Source: Candidatus Marinacidobacterales bacterium (GTDB lineage Bacteria > Acidobacteriota > Vicinamibacteria > Marinacidobacterales > SMYC01). From it: a DNA stretch of 64,000 bases. The stretch is taken from NCBI GenBank assembly GCA_965224085.1, contig CBDCYI010000005.1, forward strand, positions 1,184,001-1,248,000. The letters run 5' to 3'. A program made the translations under genes and the position numbers. Of this stretch, positions 18,387 through 27,187 are shown piece after piece (positions within the stretch are counted from its first letter, which is position 1; every line of letters starts with the position of its first letter). The notes under the pieces are model-generated. The model made no database searches and was not told where the DNA came from. It worked only from the letters and a program-made list of their open reading frames with translations.

Positions 18387-19473
18387 GGTGTTGTTGCACG
18401 GCCCGGAGCAAATCGCTGACCTCCCTGTGCCGGTCGGAGAGTCACCCGGCGCAGTAAGTATCGGGCATGCCGAGCGCGGTCATCTTGTTGAGTATCTCGC
18501 ACCCAATTCGGTGTTCAACTCGTTGCCTCGCCAACGTTCGAGCCCGCATCTCGGGCCCCATGATCGCCTTGTAACGATAGACCGCGTTCTCCACCATGCT
18601 TCGCTCGGTGCAGCCTGAGAGCTTGTACCATTCACGTCGGCCGTGTCTTTCGATTGCACGAATATGGCGGTCGCGTTCCCGCATGGCGGTGTTCGAATTC
18701 TGACTGAGCGTGGCGTTTCGTTGCGGCGGAATCACCACGCGCGTCCTTCGTCCAGGGCTGTGCGCTTCGATGGCTTCGTAGACCGCTTCCTTGTCGTATG
18801 CACTGTCCGCCGCCACCGACGCTATAGGTGCTTGAATCTGTGTTAGCAAAGGGGGGACTCGCGTTGCGTCGCGAGCTCGTGACGCCGTCAGTTCGGACGC
18901 AACAATGTTGCCGGTCTTGCGATCAACGGCGATGTGCAACTTGCGCCAGGCGCGCTGCTTTGGCGGTTTGCGGGTGGTTCCAACATGAATCCTCAAGCCC
19001 GTGCTATCGATCATCAGGTGGATTGGTTGATTGCTTGCGGCTTTCCCAATCCGCAGCTTCTTGCGGAGCAGCCTCGACCGCCGACACAACGTCGAGTAGT
19101 CCGGGATCTCGATACACAGCCGGAGAAGCGAGGCGATCGAGTGCAAGAAGCCTTCGGTTTGGCGGTAGGCAAGCTTGTACACCATCCGGACAACCAGGCC
19201 CGTTTCAATTGCCATCTCTGAATAGACCCGTTGACCGCCAGGCTTACCGCTCTTGTCGGCCTTCCAGTTCGCGATTGCCTCCTCGTCAAACCAGACCGTC
19301 AAATCGACCCGGCGGCGTAGCCCTTCGTTGTATTCCGCCCAGTTGGAAACGTGGTACTTCTTCTGCTTCGCGTGCTTGTACTGGCTGCGCTTGGGATACT
19401 TCATGGTCGAACATTACCTCGGCCACCACCATAGGTAGATTTCGCGCTCAGCCAAGAGCGGTGCAACAACGCC
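18387..19473 (-). mobile_element. IS5-family (IS903-like) insertion sequence, apparently complete
   Basis: IRs GGTGTTGTTGCAC (18387) and GTGCAACAACGCC (ends 19473) enclose an intact transposase. No flanking direct repeat. Confidence 0.92.
18442..19404 (-). CDS. IS5-family DDE transposase
   Basis: NWAEYNEGLRRR, IDSTGL, WRKLHIAVD, ADSAYD, RSMVENAVYRYK motifs. Confidence 0.93.
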   Translation of the reverse strand: MKYPKRSQYKHAKQKKYHVSNWAEYNEGLRRRVDLTVWFDEEAIANWKADKSGKPGGQRVYSEMAIETGLVVRMVYKLAYRQTEGFLHSIASLLRLCIEIPDYSTLCRRSRLLRKKLRIGKAASNQPIHLMIDSTGLRIHVGTTRKPPKQRAWRKLHIAVDRKTGNIVASELTASRARDATRVPPLLTQIQAPIASVAADSAYDKEAVYEAIEAHSPGRRTRVVIPPQRNATLSQNSNTAMRERDRHIRAIERHGRREWYKLSGCTERSMVENAVYRYKAIMGPEMRARTLARQRVEHRIGCEILNKMTALGMPDTYCAG

Positions 19474-20699
19474 TCGCCGACATGAGAAAAGCCATCGATA
19501 ACGGCTACCGCGTACCGGAGTCCCATCTTCGTCTGGGTATGGCTCTCGGTATGACGGGTCGATTCGACGAAGCGCAGGGATCCCTCGACGAGGCGCTTTC
19601 TAGGGATTCCGGCCTGGCTACGGCCTATTATTACAAGGGGCTTTTTCTCTTTCAGGAAGGCGAGGCGCTCGCTGCCGGCCCGGGAAGGGAAAATCCTTAT
19701 GGGATCCACGCGCTCCGGCTACTCGAGCGTTCGCAAGCCATGACGCCCAACCCGCGAACCGCGCTCGTTCTCTCGGAGGCTTATCTGCGGGTCGGCCAGC
19801 AAATGCGCGCGCTCGAAGCGGCGGCCGAGGCGCTTCAAACGCCGCGGCTCGCTCCCGAAGCGCTTCGCTTTCAAGCCGTCGCGCACCACGAGCTTCTCGA
19901 ATACGAAGCTGCCGAGAAGACCTACCGGGCCGCCATCGAAGCGGGCGCGGACTCCGCCGAACTCTATCACGACTTTGGGAATCTCCTTTCCGTAATGGGC
20001 CGCTCGGAAGAAGCCAAAGGGATGCTCGAGGAAGCCCTTTCGCGCGACGGCGACTATCCCGGCGCGCATCTCCAGATAGGGATCGCCTACGTGAACCTTC
20101 GCGAGTTCGAAAAAGCTCTCACACACCTGGAGCGCTTCCTCGCGTTCGCGCCGGCGAGCGCGGAAGGTTGGTATCAAAAGGGCCTCGTGGAATCCAGGCG
20201 CTCGAATCCCGAGGCGGCCGTGGCCTCCTGGAGAAAGGCGCTCGAGCTCGACCCCGGCCAGTCACGACTCTTGTACCGCCTGGGCGCCGAGCTCGTGAAA
20301 CTGGGCCGCGTCGAAGAGCGCACCGCGCTCCTGACGAAGTTCGAGGAGAGGCAAAAACAAGCCGAGCTCGCTTCGCAGAGAGGCGAGGCACTTCAAAACC
20401 TCCTAATTGGCGCGCTCCAAGCGGACGACGACGGAGATGACGCACGAGCCTTCGACCTTCTCCGGCAAGCGCAACAGCTCGCCCCGGAGGATGCACGCCC
20501 CTACGTCTATACCGCTGATTTCTATTTGACGCGGGGCCAGCATTCGGACGCGAGCACAGTCCTGAACGACGGCCTCGTGCAGCTACCGGATGATCTCTCG
20601 CTCCATCAGATGCTGCTCTCTAGCTTTCAGGCGGCCGGGAACGACGCCGGAGTGGCGCGGGAGAGGGCCCGTATCCAGCAGCTCACTTCGAGAAAGTGA
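19474..20699 (+). pseudogene. Tetratricopeptide-repeat protein, 5' end removed by the IS (may restart at ATG 19482)
   Basis: Multiple TPRs (AYYYKG, AHLQIGIAY, GWYQKG..ALELDP). The upstream part of ORF 18828-20699 is antisense of the transposase. GTGA overlap with the CRTAC1 gene. Confidence 0.75.
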
Positions 20700-22381
20700 G
20701 CCTTTCGCGACGAGTCACTTTGGCGCTTACTGTGGGACTATGTCCCGTCGGGGGTGCCCTGGCACAGGAAGACTTGCCACGCTACCGCGACGTTGCGCGC
20801 GTCGCCGGCATCGATTTCCAGAACACCTTCGGCAGCCTCCCCAAGAAGTATCTGACGGAGACCACTGGCTCCGGCGCCGCTTTCCTCGATTTCGACGGTG
20901 ACGGCAACCTCGACGTCTACCTGGCCAATGGACGCCCGCGGGAGATAGGCACGTCGGGGGCTCCGTCACCCGTAAACCGCCTGTACAAAAACCTGGGGAA
21001 CGGAGCGTTTCGCGACGTCACCATCAAGGCAGGTGTAGGCGATAGCGGCTGGAGCGGCGGCATAGCGACGGCTGACTACGACAACGATGGAGACGTCGAC
21101 CTCTTCGTGACGAACGAGGGCGCGAACGTGCTGTTGCGTAACAACGGCGACGGCACCTTCAGCGACGTGACCATCGCGGCGGGGCTTTCCGGCGAACGCT
21201 TTAGCACAGGCGCCTCTTTCGGTGACGTCGACGGTGATGGTTTTCTCGATCTCTACATCGCGCATTACATCGCGTTCGATACGAAGCTCCTCGACAGTAT
21301 CGATCCCCGCTTCTGCCGCTTTAAAGGCATTCGCGTGATGTGCGGACCAAGAGGCCTCCCTGGAGCCCGAGACGAGCTCTATCTGAACCAGCGGGACGGA
21401 ACCTTTCGCGATGTGAGCTCAGAAGCGGGCTTGGACGGAAGTGACGGGAGGGGTCTGGGCGTTGTTTTTATCGATTTCGATGATGACGGGGATCGCGACC
21501 TCTTTGTCGCCAACGATTCGAGCCCCGATTTCCTCTACTCGAACGACGGCAGCGGTCGATTCGAGAACGTGGCTCTGTCCGCTGGAGCCGCTTACTCCAT
21601 GTACGGACGTGCCCAGGCAGGAATGGGCGCCGATGCCGGTGACTTCGACGAGGACGGCCTCGAAGATCTCATCGTCACGAACTTCCACGGTGACTACAAC
21701 GCCCTCCGCCGAAATCTCGGAAACGGTCTGTTTCAAGACGTCAGCGATCCGTCGGGCCTTTCGGAAGCGAGCTGGGACCGCCTGAGCTGGGGCGTGAAAT
21801 TTCTAGACGCCAACCTCGATGGTTTCGTCGACCTGTTCATCGTCAACGGGCACATCTATCCCGAAGTCGACGATGCTGGCATCGGGGAAAGCTACTATCA
21901 ACCCAACCAGCTGCTTCTCAACGTCCCGGGGCCAACCACGCGCATCTTCGAGGACGTTTCTCGAGACGTGGAGCTCACGCGATCCCTCTCCAGCCGGGGG
22001 ATGGCCGTCGGCGACTTCGATAATGACGGAGACTGGGATCTGCTCGTTACAAATATCAATGACAAGGCGGTTCTTCTTGAAGATCAGGCGGCTCACACGA
22101 ACCGCTGGGCTCGGCTCACGGTGATCGGAACGTCGAGCGATCGGAACGCATCGGCCGTCGCGATCCGGTACGAAGTCGAAGGCCGAGCCCATCATCGCCG
22201 GGCAGGCTCCTTCGGAAGCTATCTTTCAGCGCACGATCCGAGGGTCCTCCTCGGCTTGGGTACGGCGATGCGGCTCGACCACCTTTCGCTGCGGTGGCCG
22301 GGCGGTGACGTCCAGGAGCTTGGTCCGCTCCTGGCGGGCGAAGACGCCGTCATCGTCGAGGGTGTAGGACGAGTTAAATAG
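20696..22381 (+). CDS. CRTAC1-family protein (FG-GAP repeats plus ASPIC/UnbV)
   Basis: KKYLTETTGSGAAFLDFDGDGNLD, MCGPRGLPG, GRAQAGMG, SYLSAHDPRVLLGLG, RWPGG. Confidence 0.92.
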   Translation: MSLSRRVTLALTVGLCPVGGALAQEDLPRYRDVARVAGIDFQNTFGSLPKKYLTETTGSGAAFLDFDGDGNLDVYLANGRPREIGTSGAPSPVNRLYKNLGNGAFRDVTIKAGVGDSGWSGGIATADYDNDGDVDLFVTNEGANVLLRNNGDGTFSDVTIAAGLSGERFSTGASFGDVDGDGFLDLYIAHYIAFDTKLLDSIDPRFCRFKGIRVMCGPRGLPGARDELYLNQRDGTFRDVSSEAGLDGSDGRGLGVVFIDFDDDGDRDLFVANDSSPDFLYSNDGSGRFENVALSAGAAYSMYGRAQAGMGADAGDFDEDGLEDLIVTNFHGDYNALRRNLGNGLFQDVSDPSGLSEASWDRLSWGVKFLDANLDGFVDLFIVNGHIYPEVDDAGIGESYYQPNQLLLNVPGPTTRIFEDVSRDVELTRSLSSRGMAVGDFDNDGDWDLLVTNINDKAVLLEDQAAHTNRWARLTVIGTSSDRNASAVAIRYEVEGRAHHRRAGSFGSYLSAHDPRVLLGLGTAMRLDHLSLRWPGGDVQELGPLLAGEDAVIVEGVGRVK

Positions 22382-22391
22382 CGCTCGGACG

Positions 22392-22559
22392 CTAGTGCTC
22401 GAACCCGCTAATCCTGTCGGGTCAAGTCCTAGGCCATTTTTGGTACTGAAAAGGCGCGACGACGACGTTATATCTGGATACTTCGAGGAGGCCTAGGCAG
22501 TCAGCGCCGAAAAGGGTCAGGAATTTCACCACGACAGGATTAGCTGGTTCGGGCACTAG
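22392..22559. mobile_element. 168-bp MITE with 28-bp terminal inverted repeats (including the CTAG target)
   Basis: Left CTAGTGCTCGAACCCGCTAATCCTGTCG versus right (reverse complement) CTAGTGCCCGAACCAGCTAATCCTGTCG: 26 of 28 match. Non-coding interior. Confidence 0.85.
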
Positions 22560-23190
22560 CGCGTCAGGCGAAGGTAGATCCGCATGTGCTCGTCGGCGTC
22601 TTCTTCGCGAAGGGCTGCGCGGTAGGCCTCCGCGATATGAAGGTGGGCCATGGCAAGGTCGGGATCCGCTTCAATGGCAGCGGCCAGGAACGATAGTGCT
22701 TCGTCGACGCGCTTCGTGCGTGTGAGTAGAAAGCCAAGGTCGCTCAGCCCCGGCGCGTGCGACGGCGCGAGAGTCACCAAACGTCTCAAGATGCGCTCCG
22801 CCGCTTCGATGCGATCTTCACCCCAGTAAACATGGCCGAGCAGATAGAGGAAGCTGCTGGTCGGTGGGACGAGAAGAAAGCGCCGTTTCCAACAGGTCGA
22901 TGGCTTCTTTGGCCAGCCCCATAAAACGCAACAAGTCCGCCCGACCGAGCACCAACGTCGTGTCGTCGGGTGCGAGCTGACTTGCTTGCTCGACCGTCTC
23001 GAGGGCTTTTTCCAGCTGGCCGTGCTGCTGATAGATCTGGGCGAGCGAGATGTAACCCTCGACCTCGTCCGGAAAGAAGAGAACGCGATTTCGATGGCGC
23101 TCGAGCGCGTCGTCGAGGGCCATGAGCTCTTCGAACTTGCTCAGAGGCTCCCGCGCTTCCGCACTTCGCCCGATACGGGTCAAGAGTGTA
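22556..23190 (-). pseudogene. TPR protein C-terminal fragment with frameshift
   Basis: ORFs 22818-23183 and 22556-22789 join by a +1 frameshift near 22850 (QL|LYLLGHVYW). TPR-like helices; no 5' end. Confidence 0.75.
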
Positions 23191-23247
23191 CCTAGTTGAT
23201 AATGGGCGGCCGCGAAACGGGGTCGTAGGGTAATCGCTTTTCCGAGG

Positions 23248-23782
23248 CCAAGCTCGGAGTCGAGACGCGTTGGTAGCCGTAGGCTGGCAGATGGTCCGCT
23301 CGCAGCGTATCTGCAGTGACGAGGACGATGTTCAGGCGATGGCCGCTTCGGGCGTTTTGTTCGAGAACGCTCACACGGTCGTGCCTCTCACGCTACCGGC
23401 CACACTCGTCGATGTTCACGGGAACCTTCCCGATGTATCACGGCGTGCGGGACAACGGAGGCTACTACCTGGACGAGAAACACGTCACGCTTGCTGAGAC
23501 GCTTCAAGAGAACGGTTATGCCACGGGGAGGCGGCGATCGAGATCAACGGGGAATTCGCGATAGGCCATCTTTACCTGGCGAAGTTCTATCTCGACACCG
23601 GCGTTCTCGACAAAGCTTACGAGCTGGCCTCGAAGGGCATCGAGCTCGGCCCCGAGCCTTCGATGGCGCCTCTGGGTCACTTCATCCTGGCCGACATCTA
23701 CAATCGCCAGGGACGCGCGGAAGAGGCGGAGCGCGAGCTCCGTGCGGCTGAGCGCGCCTCCAGGGCCCTTGAGTCCCCCTGA
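23248..23782 (+). pseudogene. Sulfatase-like hydrolase/TPR fusion gene relic (inverted 5' segment, frameshift, large deletion)
   Basis: Minus strand 23335-23248: [28 protein letters not shown]. Plus strand continues [21 protein letters not shown]|HSSMFTG..HGVRDNG..TLAETLQENGYATG, then jumps to a C-terminal TPR (GHFILADIYNRQGR). Confidence 0.85.
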
Positions 23783-23804
23783 ATTGCGCATGCCGCAATA
23801 GCAA

Positions 23805-26009
23805 TCACTCCGGCGCCCAAACGCGCACGCGCCCGTCCCCGAGCCCCGCAACGAGAAGAGGCTCGTCGCTCGTGACCACGACCCCGGTGAACGTCTCCTC
23901 CGATCGGCCGTAGAGCGTTTGACGAGGATTCCCCGCCATGAGGTCCCAGATGAGCAAGCTGTTATCCATCGCGACGCTCGCGAGCTCGGTCCCTCCGGGA
24001 AAGTAGGCGAGCCCCGCAATCGCTTTTTTGTGCGCTGTCAGCGATTGGACTTCCTCTTGCCGATTCAAGTCGAAGATACGGATGATTCCGTCACGCGACC
24101 CGCTCGCGATCTGAGCGCCGTCCGGAGCGAGAATACAGGTCGTCAATGGCGCGCTGTGGCCTCTGAGCGTCGCCGTTAGCCGGCCCGTTTTGCTGTCGTG
24201 AACGCGCAGGACTGCCTTCGTGTTACCGGCGATGAGCTGCGCCCCGTCTTCGGAATAGAGCAGCGTGGTCACGCCCGAAGGCTGCCGGATGAGCTGCCTC
24301 TGCGCATCGCCTTGGCGAAGCAAGTCGAGGTTCCACAGCTTGACGGTGCTATCGAGAGCACAGGAGGCGAGCGTGGTGCCGTCAGGCGAGAACGCGAGCT
24401 GGCCAATCGAAGCATCGTGGCGAACGCGCACCGTGACCTGGTCCCCCATATCGAGGCTCCAGAGATGGATTTGGCCATCCACGTGGCCGGACGCAAGAAA
24501 GGCCCCGTCCGGGGAGAACGCGAGAGACGTCGCGAGCGCTTCATGGCCGGCTCGCTGATGAAGCTCCGTGCGGAAGCTCGCAACCTTTCGTCGCGAATCG
24601 ATATCCCAAAGGCGCACCGAGCCGTCGACGCCGCCAGCGGCGACGAGCTGAGGGCTTGGACCGATGGACAGTACTTGAATGCCCGGTGGCTCCCCAAAAG
24701 TCGCCGATTCGGCGAAGGTGAGCTCGGCGCGCACGCGGGTGTGACGATAAGTCTGCGGACGCAGCGAACCCGTGCGCACGCGTCCCGGCCGCGCCGGCGT
24801 GTCGAGAAGTTCCTTCAGCTCGATCGCAGCCTCGAAACTGGGCTCGACGGCGAGCACGTCGTCGACGATACGCAGGGCTGCGCTGCGATTGCCCGCCGTC
24901 AGAGCCATCCGCGCTTCGTCCACCCATCGCGCCGCGTCGAAGGACGAGGGCGGCCCCGGTTTCTGCACGATCGTCTCTTGCGCTTGCATCCGCTCGAGAG
25001 CAATCTCGATCTCGGAGACGAGATCGACGACGGATGCATGGGAAGGCTCGAGCGCCTGAGCACGCCGTGCGGCCTCGAGCGCGCGCTGGTGCTCCCCCTT
25101 TTGGAGCAAGCCCCGCGCGAGCTCGAAATTCGTCTGATAGCTGCGCGCCCTCTCTTCGTCGGGGGGCTCCGCCGAAGCGGGCGCCTTACCCATGATCTGA
25201 TCGATCGCGCGACCCAACAATGCCAGATCGCGAAAGCGTTGGTCCGGGGCCTTGCTCAAAACGCGCTCGACCAACGCTACGAGCTTGGCAGGCAAGCCGA
25301 GCGCACGAGCATCGAGGGCCTGCGGCTCGGAGTGCACGATTTGATATACGAGACCGGGAACCGTCGAGGCTGTGAACGGCCTGTCTTTGCCCAGGAACTC
25401 GTAAAGAATGACGCCGACAGCCCACATATCGGCGCGATGATCGAGCTTCGCGCCCGAGATTTGCTCCGGGGCCATGTAGTTGGGCGTTCCCATGACGAGT
25501 CCCGTTTTCGTCTTGACCCCGGAGCCTTCGCCCATCGCGATCCCGAAATCGAGTACTTTCGCGGTCCCGTCGGGCAAGACTTGGATGTTCCCGGGCTTGA
25601 CGTCGCGATGGATGACACCCCGCTTGTGGGCATAGTCGAGTCCCCGACAGATCTGAGAAACGATGTTCAACTTATCCTCGAGCCGCTCGGGCTCGCCCTG
25701 CTCCATGAGCTGCGCCAGGCTATCCCCCTCCAGAAGCTCCATCACAATGTAAGGCACACCTTGACCCTCGAGCTCCCCGAAGTCGAAGATCGTGACGATA
25801 TTGGGGTGTTGGAGCCCGGCGGCCGATCGCGCCTCCCGGTCGAACCGACCGCGCATCTCCTCTTCGATGAGAAGATCTTCGGACATCATCTTGATGGCAA
25901 CGATGCGGTGGAGAACCGGGTCGCGCGCTTTGTAGACCGTGCCCATCGCGCCACGACCCAGCTCGCCAAGCACGACGTACTTATTGATTTTTTCGGGATT
26001 CGACGGCAT
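23805..26009 (-). CDS. Hanks-type Ser/Thr protein kinase with TPR-like helices and C-terminal WD40 repeats
   Basis: GRGAMGTV, VAIK, HRDVKPGN, DFG, YMAPE; multiple WD repeats (DGSVRLWD, DSTVKLWN, DNSLLIWD). Confidence 0.93.
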   Translation of the reverse strand: MPSNPEKINKYVVLGELGRGAMGTVYKARDPVLHRIVAIKMMSEDLLIEEEMRGRFDREARSAAGLQHPNIVTIFDFGELEGQGVPYIVMELLEGDSLAQLMEQGEPERLEDKLNIVSQICRGLDYAHKRGVIHRDVKPGNIQVLPDGTAKVLDFGIAMGEGSGVKTKTGLVMGTPNYMAPEQISGAKLDHRADMWAVGVILYEFLGKDRPFTASTVPGLVYQIVHSEPQALDARALGLPAKLVALVERVLSKAPDQRFRDLALLGRAIDQIMGKAPASAEPPDEERARSYQTNFELARGLLQKGEHQRALEAARRAQALEPSHASVVDLVSEIEIALERMQAQETIVQKPGPPSSFDAARWVDEARMALTAGNRSAALRIVDDVLAVEPSFEAAIELKELLDTPARPGRVRTGSLRPQTYRHTRVRAELTFAESATFGEPPGIQVLSIGPSPQLVAAGGVDGSVRLWDIDSRRKVASFRTELHQRAGHEALATSLAFSPDGAFLASGHVDGQIHLWSLDMGDQVTVRVRHDASIGQLAFSPDGTTLASCALDSTVKLWNLDLLRQGDAQRQLIRQPSGVTTLLYSEDGAQLIAGNTKAVLRVHDSKTGRLTATLRGHSAPLTTCILAPDGAQIASGSRDGIIRIFDLNRQEEVQSLTAHKKAIAGLAYFPGGTELASVAMDNSLLIWDLMAGNPRQTLYGRSEETFTGVVVTSDEPLLVAGLGDGRVRVWAPE

Positions 26010-26145
26010 CGCCTTGGGAACGAGTGATTCTCATTGGAGCGCGAGAAAAGCGGGCGCTCCGACCGATATTTCTATTATATCATTCGCGCCGGCCGGCTTC
26101 TCGTCGGGCTCCTGGCCGAGCGCCCGTCAGGCGCTTCTCAGGACT

Positions 26146-27186
26146 TCACGCCTGGCCTCCTAGTGTGATCTTTCGCAAGCGGCTTTGATAAGCCTCGCTA
26201 TCATAGACCTCGGGGTTCACGCAGTTGGGCGCTTTTTCGAGCTTCCCATGCGCGACGGCGTTGTCGGCGCACATGGTCGCCATCTTGTTTCGCGTGTCGC
26301 GGCTCGCCGAGGCGATGTGTGGCAGGATGACGACATTGTCGAGCTCGGCCAGTCCGGGCGCCATGGCGGGCTCGGCCTCGAACACGTCGAGCCCGGCGCC
26401 GGCAATCGCCTCGCTTCTCAGCGCGTCGACGAGAGCACGCTCGTCGACGATGGGGCCGCGAGCCGTGTTGATGAGATAGGCGGTCGACTTCATTTTCGCA
26501 AAAGCCGCCGCATTGATGAGATGACGCGTGGATGCGTTCAAATCCGTATGCACAGACACGAAGTCGCTCTCTTCGAGCAATGGATCCAGCTCGGCATAAT
26601 CGACGCCGTCCATTCCGTCGATCAAATTCTGGATGGGCGGGTCGTAGGCGAGTACCCGCATATCGAAGCCTCGAGCGCGACGGAACATGGCCTGACCTAT
26701 GCGGCCGAAGCCGATGATGCCGAGCACTTTGGGCGTTCCGTCGCCCCCCTTCGAGATATCGCCGCCCAGGAACAGACTCGGCCCCCAGATTTTGTACTTC
26801 CCCGCCCGCATGTAGCGATCGGCGGCTACGACGTTTCGCGCGACGGACATGAGCAATGTCCAAGTGAGGTCGGCTGTCGTATCGGTGAGTACACCGGGTG
26901 TGTTCGTGATGGGGAGGCCGAGCTCGGTCGCGGCCTCCACATCGATATTGTTGTAGCCCACGGCGTAGTTGGCGACGCCGCGCAGCCTCTCACCGGCGGC
27001 GAGCACGTCGCGGTCCACGGACTCCGTCAAGAGCGAGACGAGCACGTCCGCGGAGCGCACACCCGCGAGAACGCTCTCTCGGGGTACGATCGCATCTTCG
27101 ATCTCCATGGCGATGGAAAGCTCACCGGCACCCGTCAAGATCTCGAGACCGGCTTCGGGAATCTTGCGCGTTGCGAAAATCTTCAC
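26146..27186 (-). CDS. D-2-hydroxyacid dehydrogenase (glyoxylate/hydroxypyruvate reductase-like)
   Basis: NTPGVLTDTTAD, GFGRIG, INTARGPIVDE, GLDVFE, PHIAS. GTG start at 27186 next to the upstream stop. Confidence 0.92.
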   Translation of the reverse strand: MKIFATRKIPEAGLEILTGAGELSIAMEIEDAIVPRESVLAGVRSADVLVSLLTESVDRDVLAAGERLRGVANYAVGYNNIDVEAATELGLPITNTPGVLTDTTADLTWTLLMSVARNVVAADRYMRAGKYKIWGPSLFLGGDISKGGDGTPKVLGIIGFGRIGQAMFRRARGFDMRVLAYDPPIQNLIDGMDGVDYAELDPLLEESDFVSVHTDLNASTRHLINAAAFAKMKSTAYLINTARGPIVDERALVDALRSEAIAGAGLDVFEAEPAMAPGLAELDNVVILPHIASASRDTRNKMATMCADNAVAHGKLEKAPNCVNPEVYDSEAYQSRLRKITLGGQA

Positions 27187-27187
27187 G

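Noticed and set aside
18828-19473. N-terminal 215 aa of the 623-aa ORF as a novel domain fused to TPRs
   Set aside because: It is antisense read-through of the IS5 transposase; TPR similarity starts at the IS boundary.
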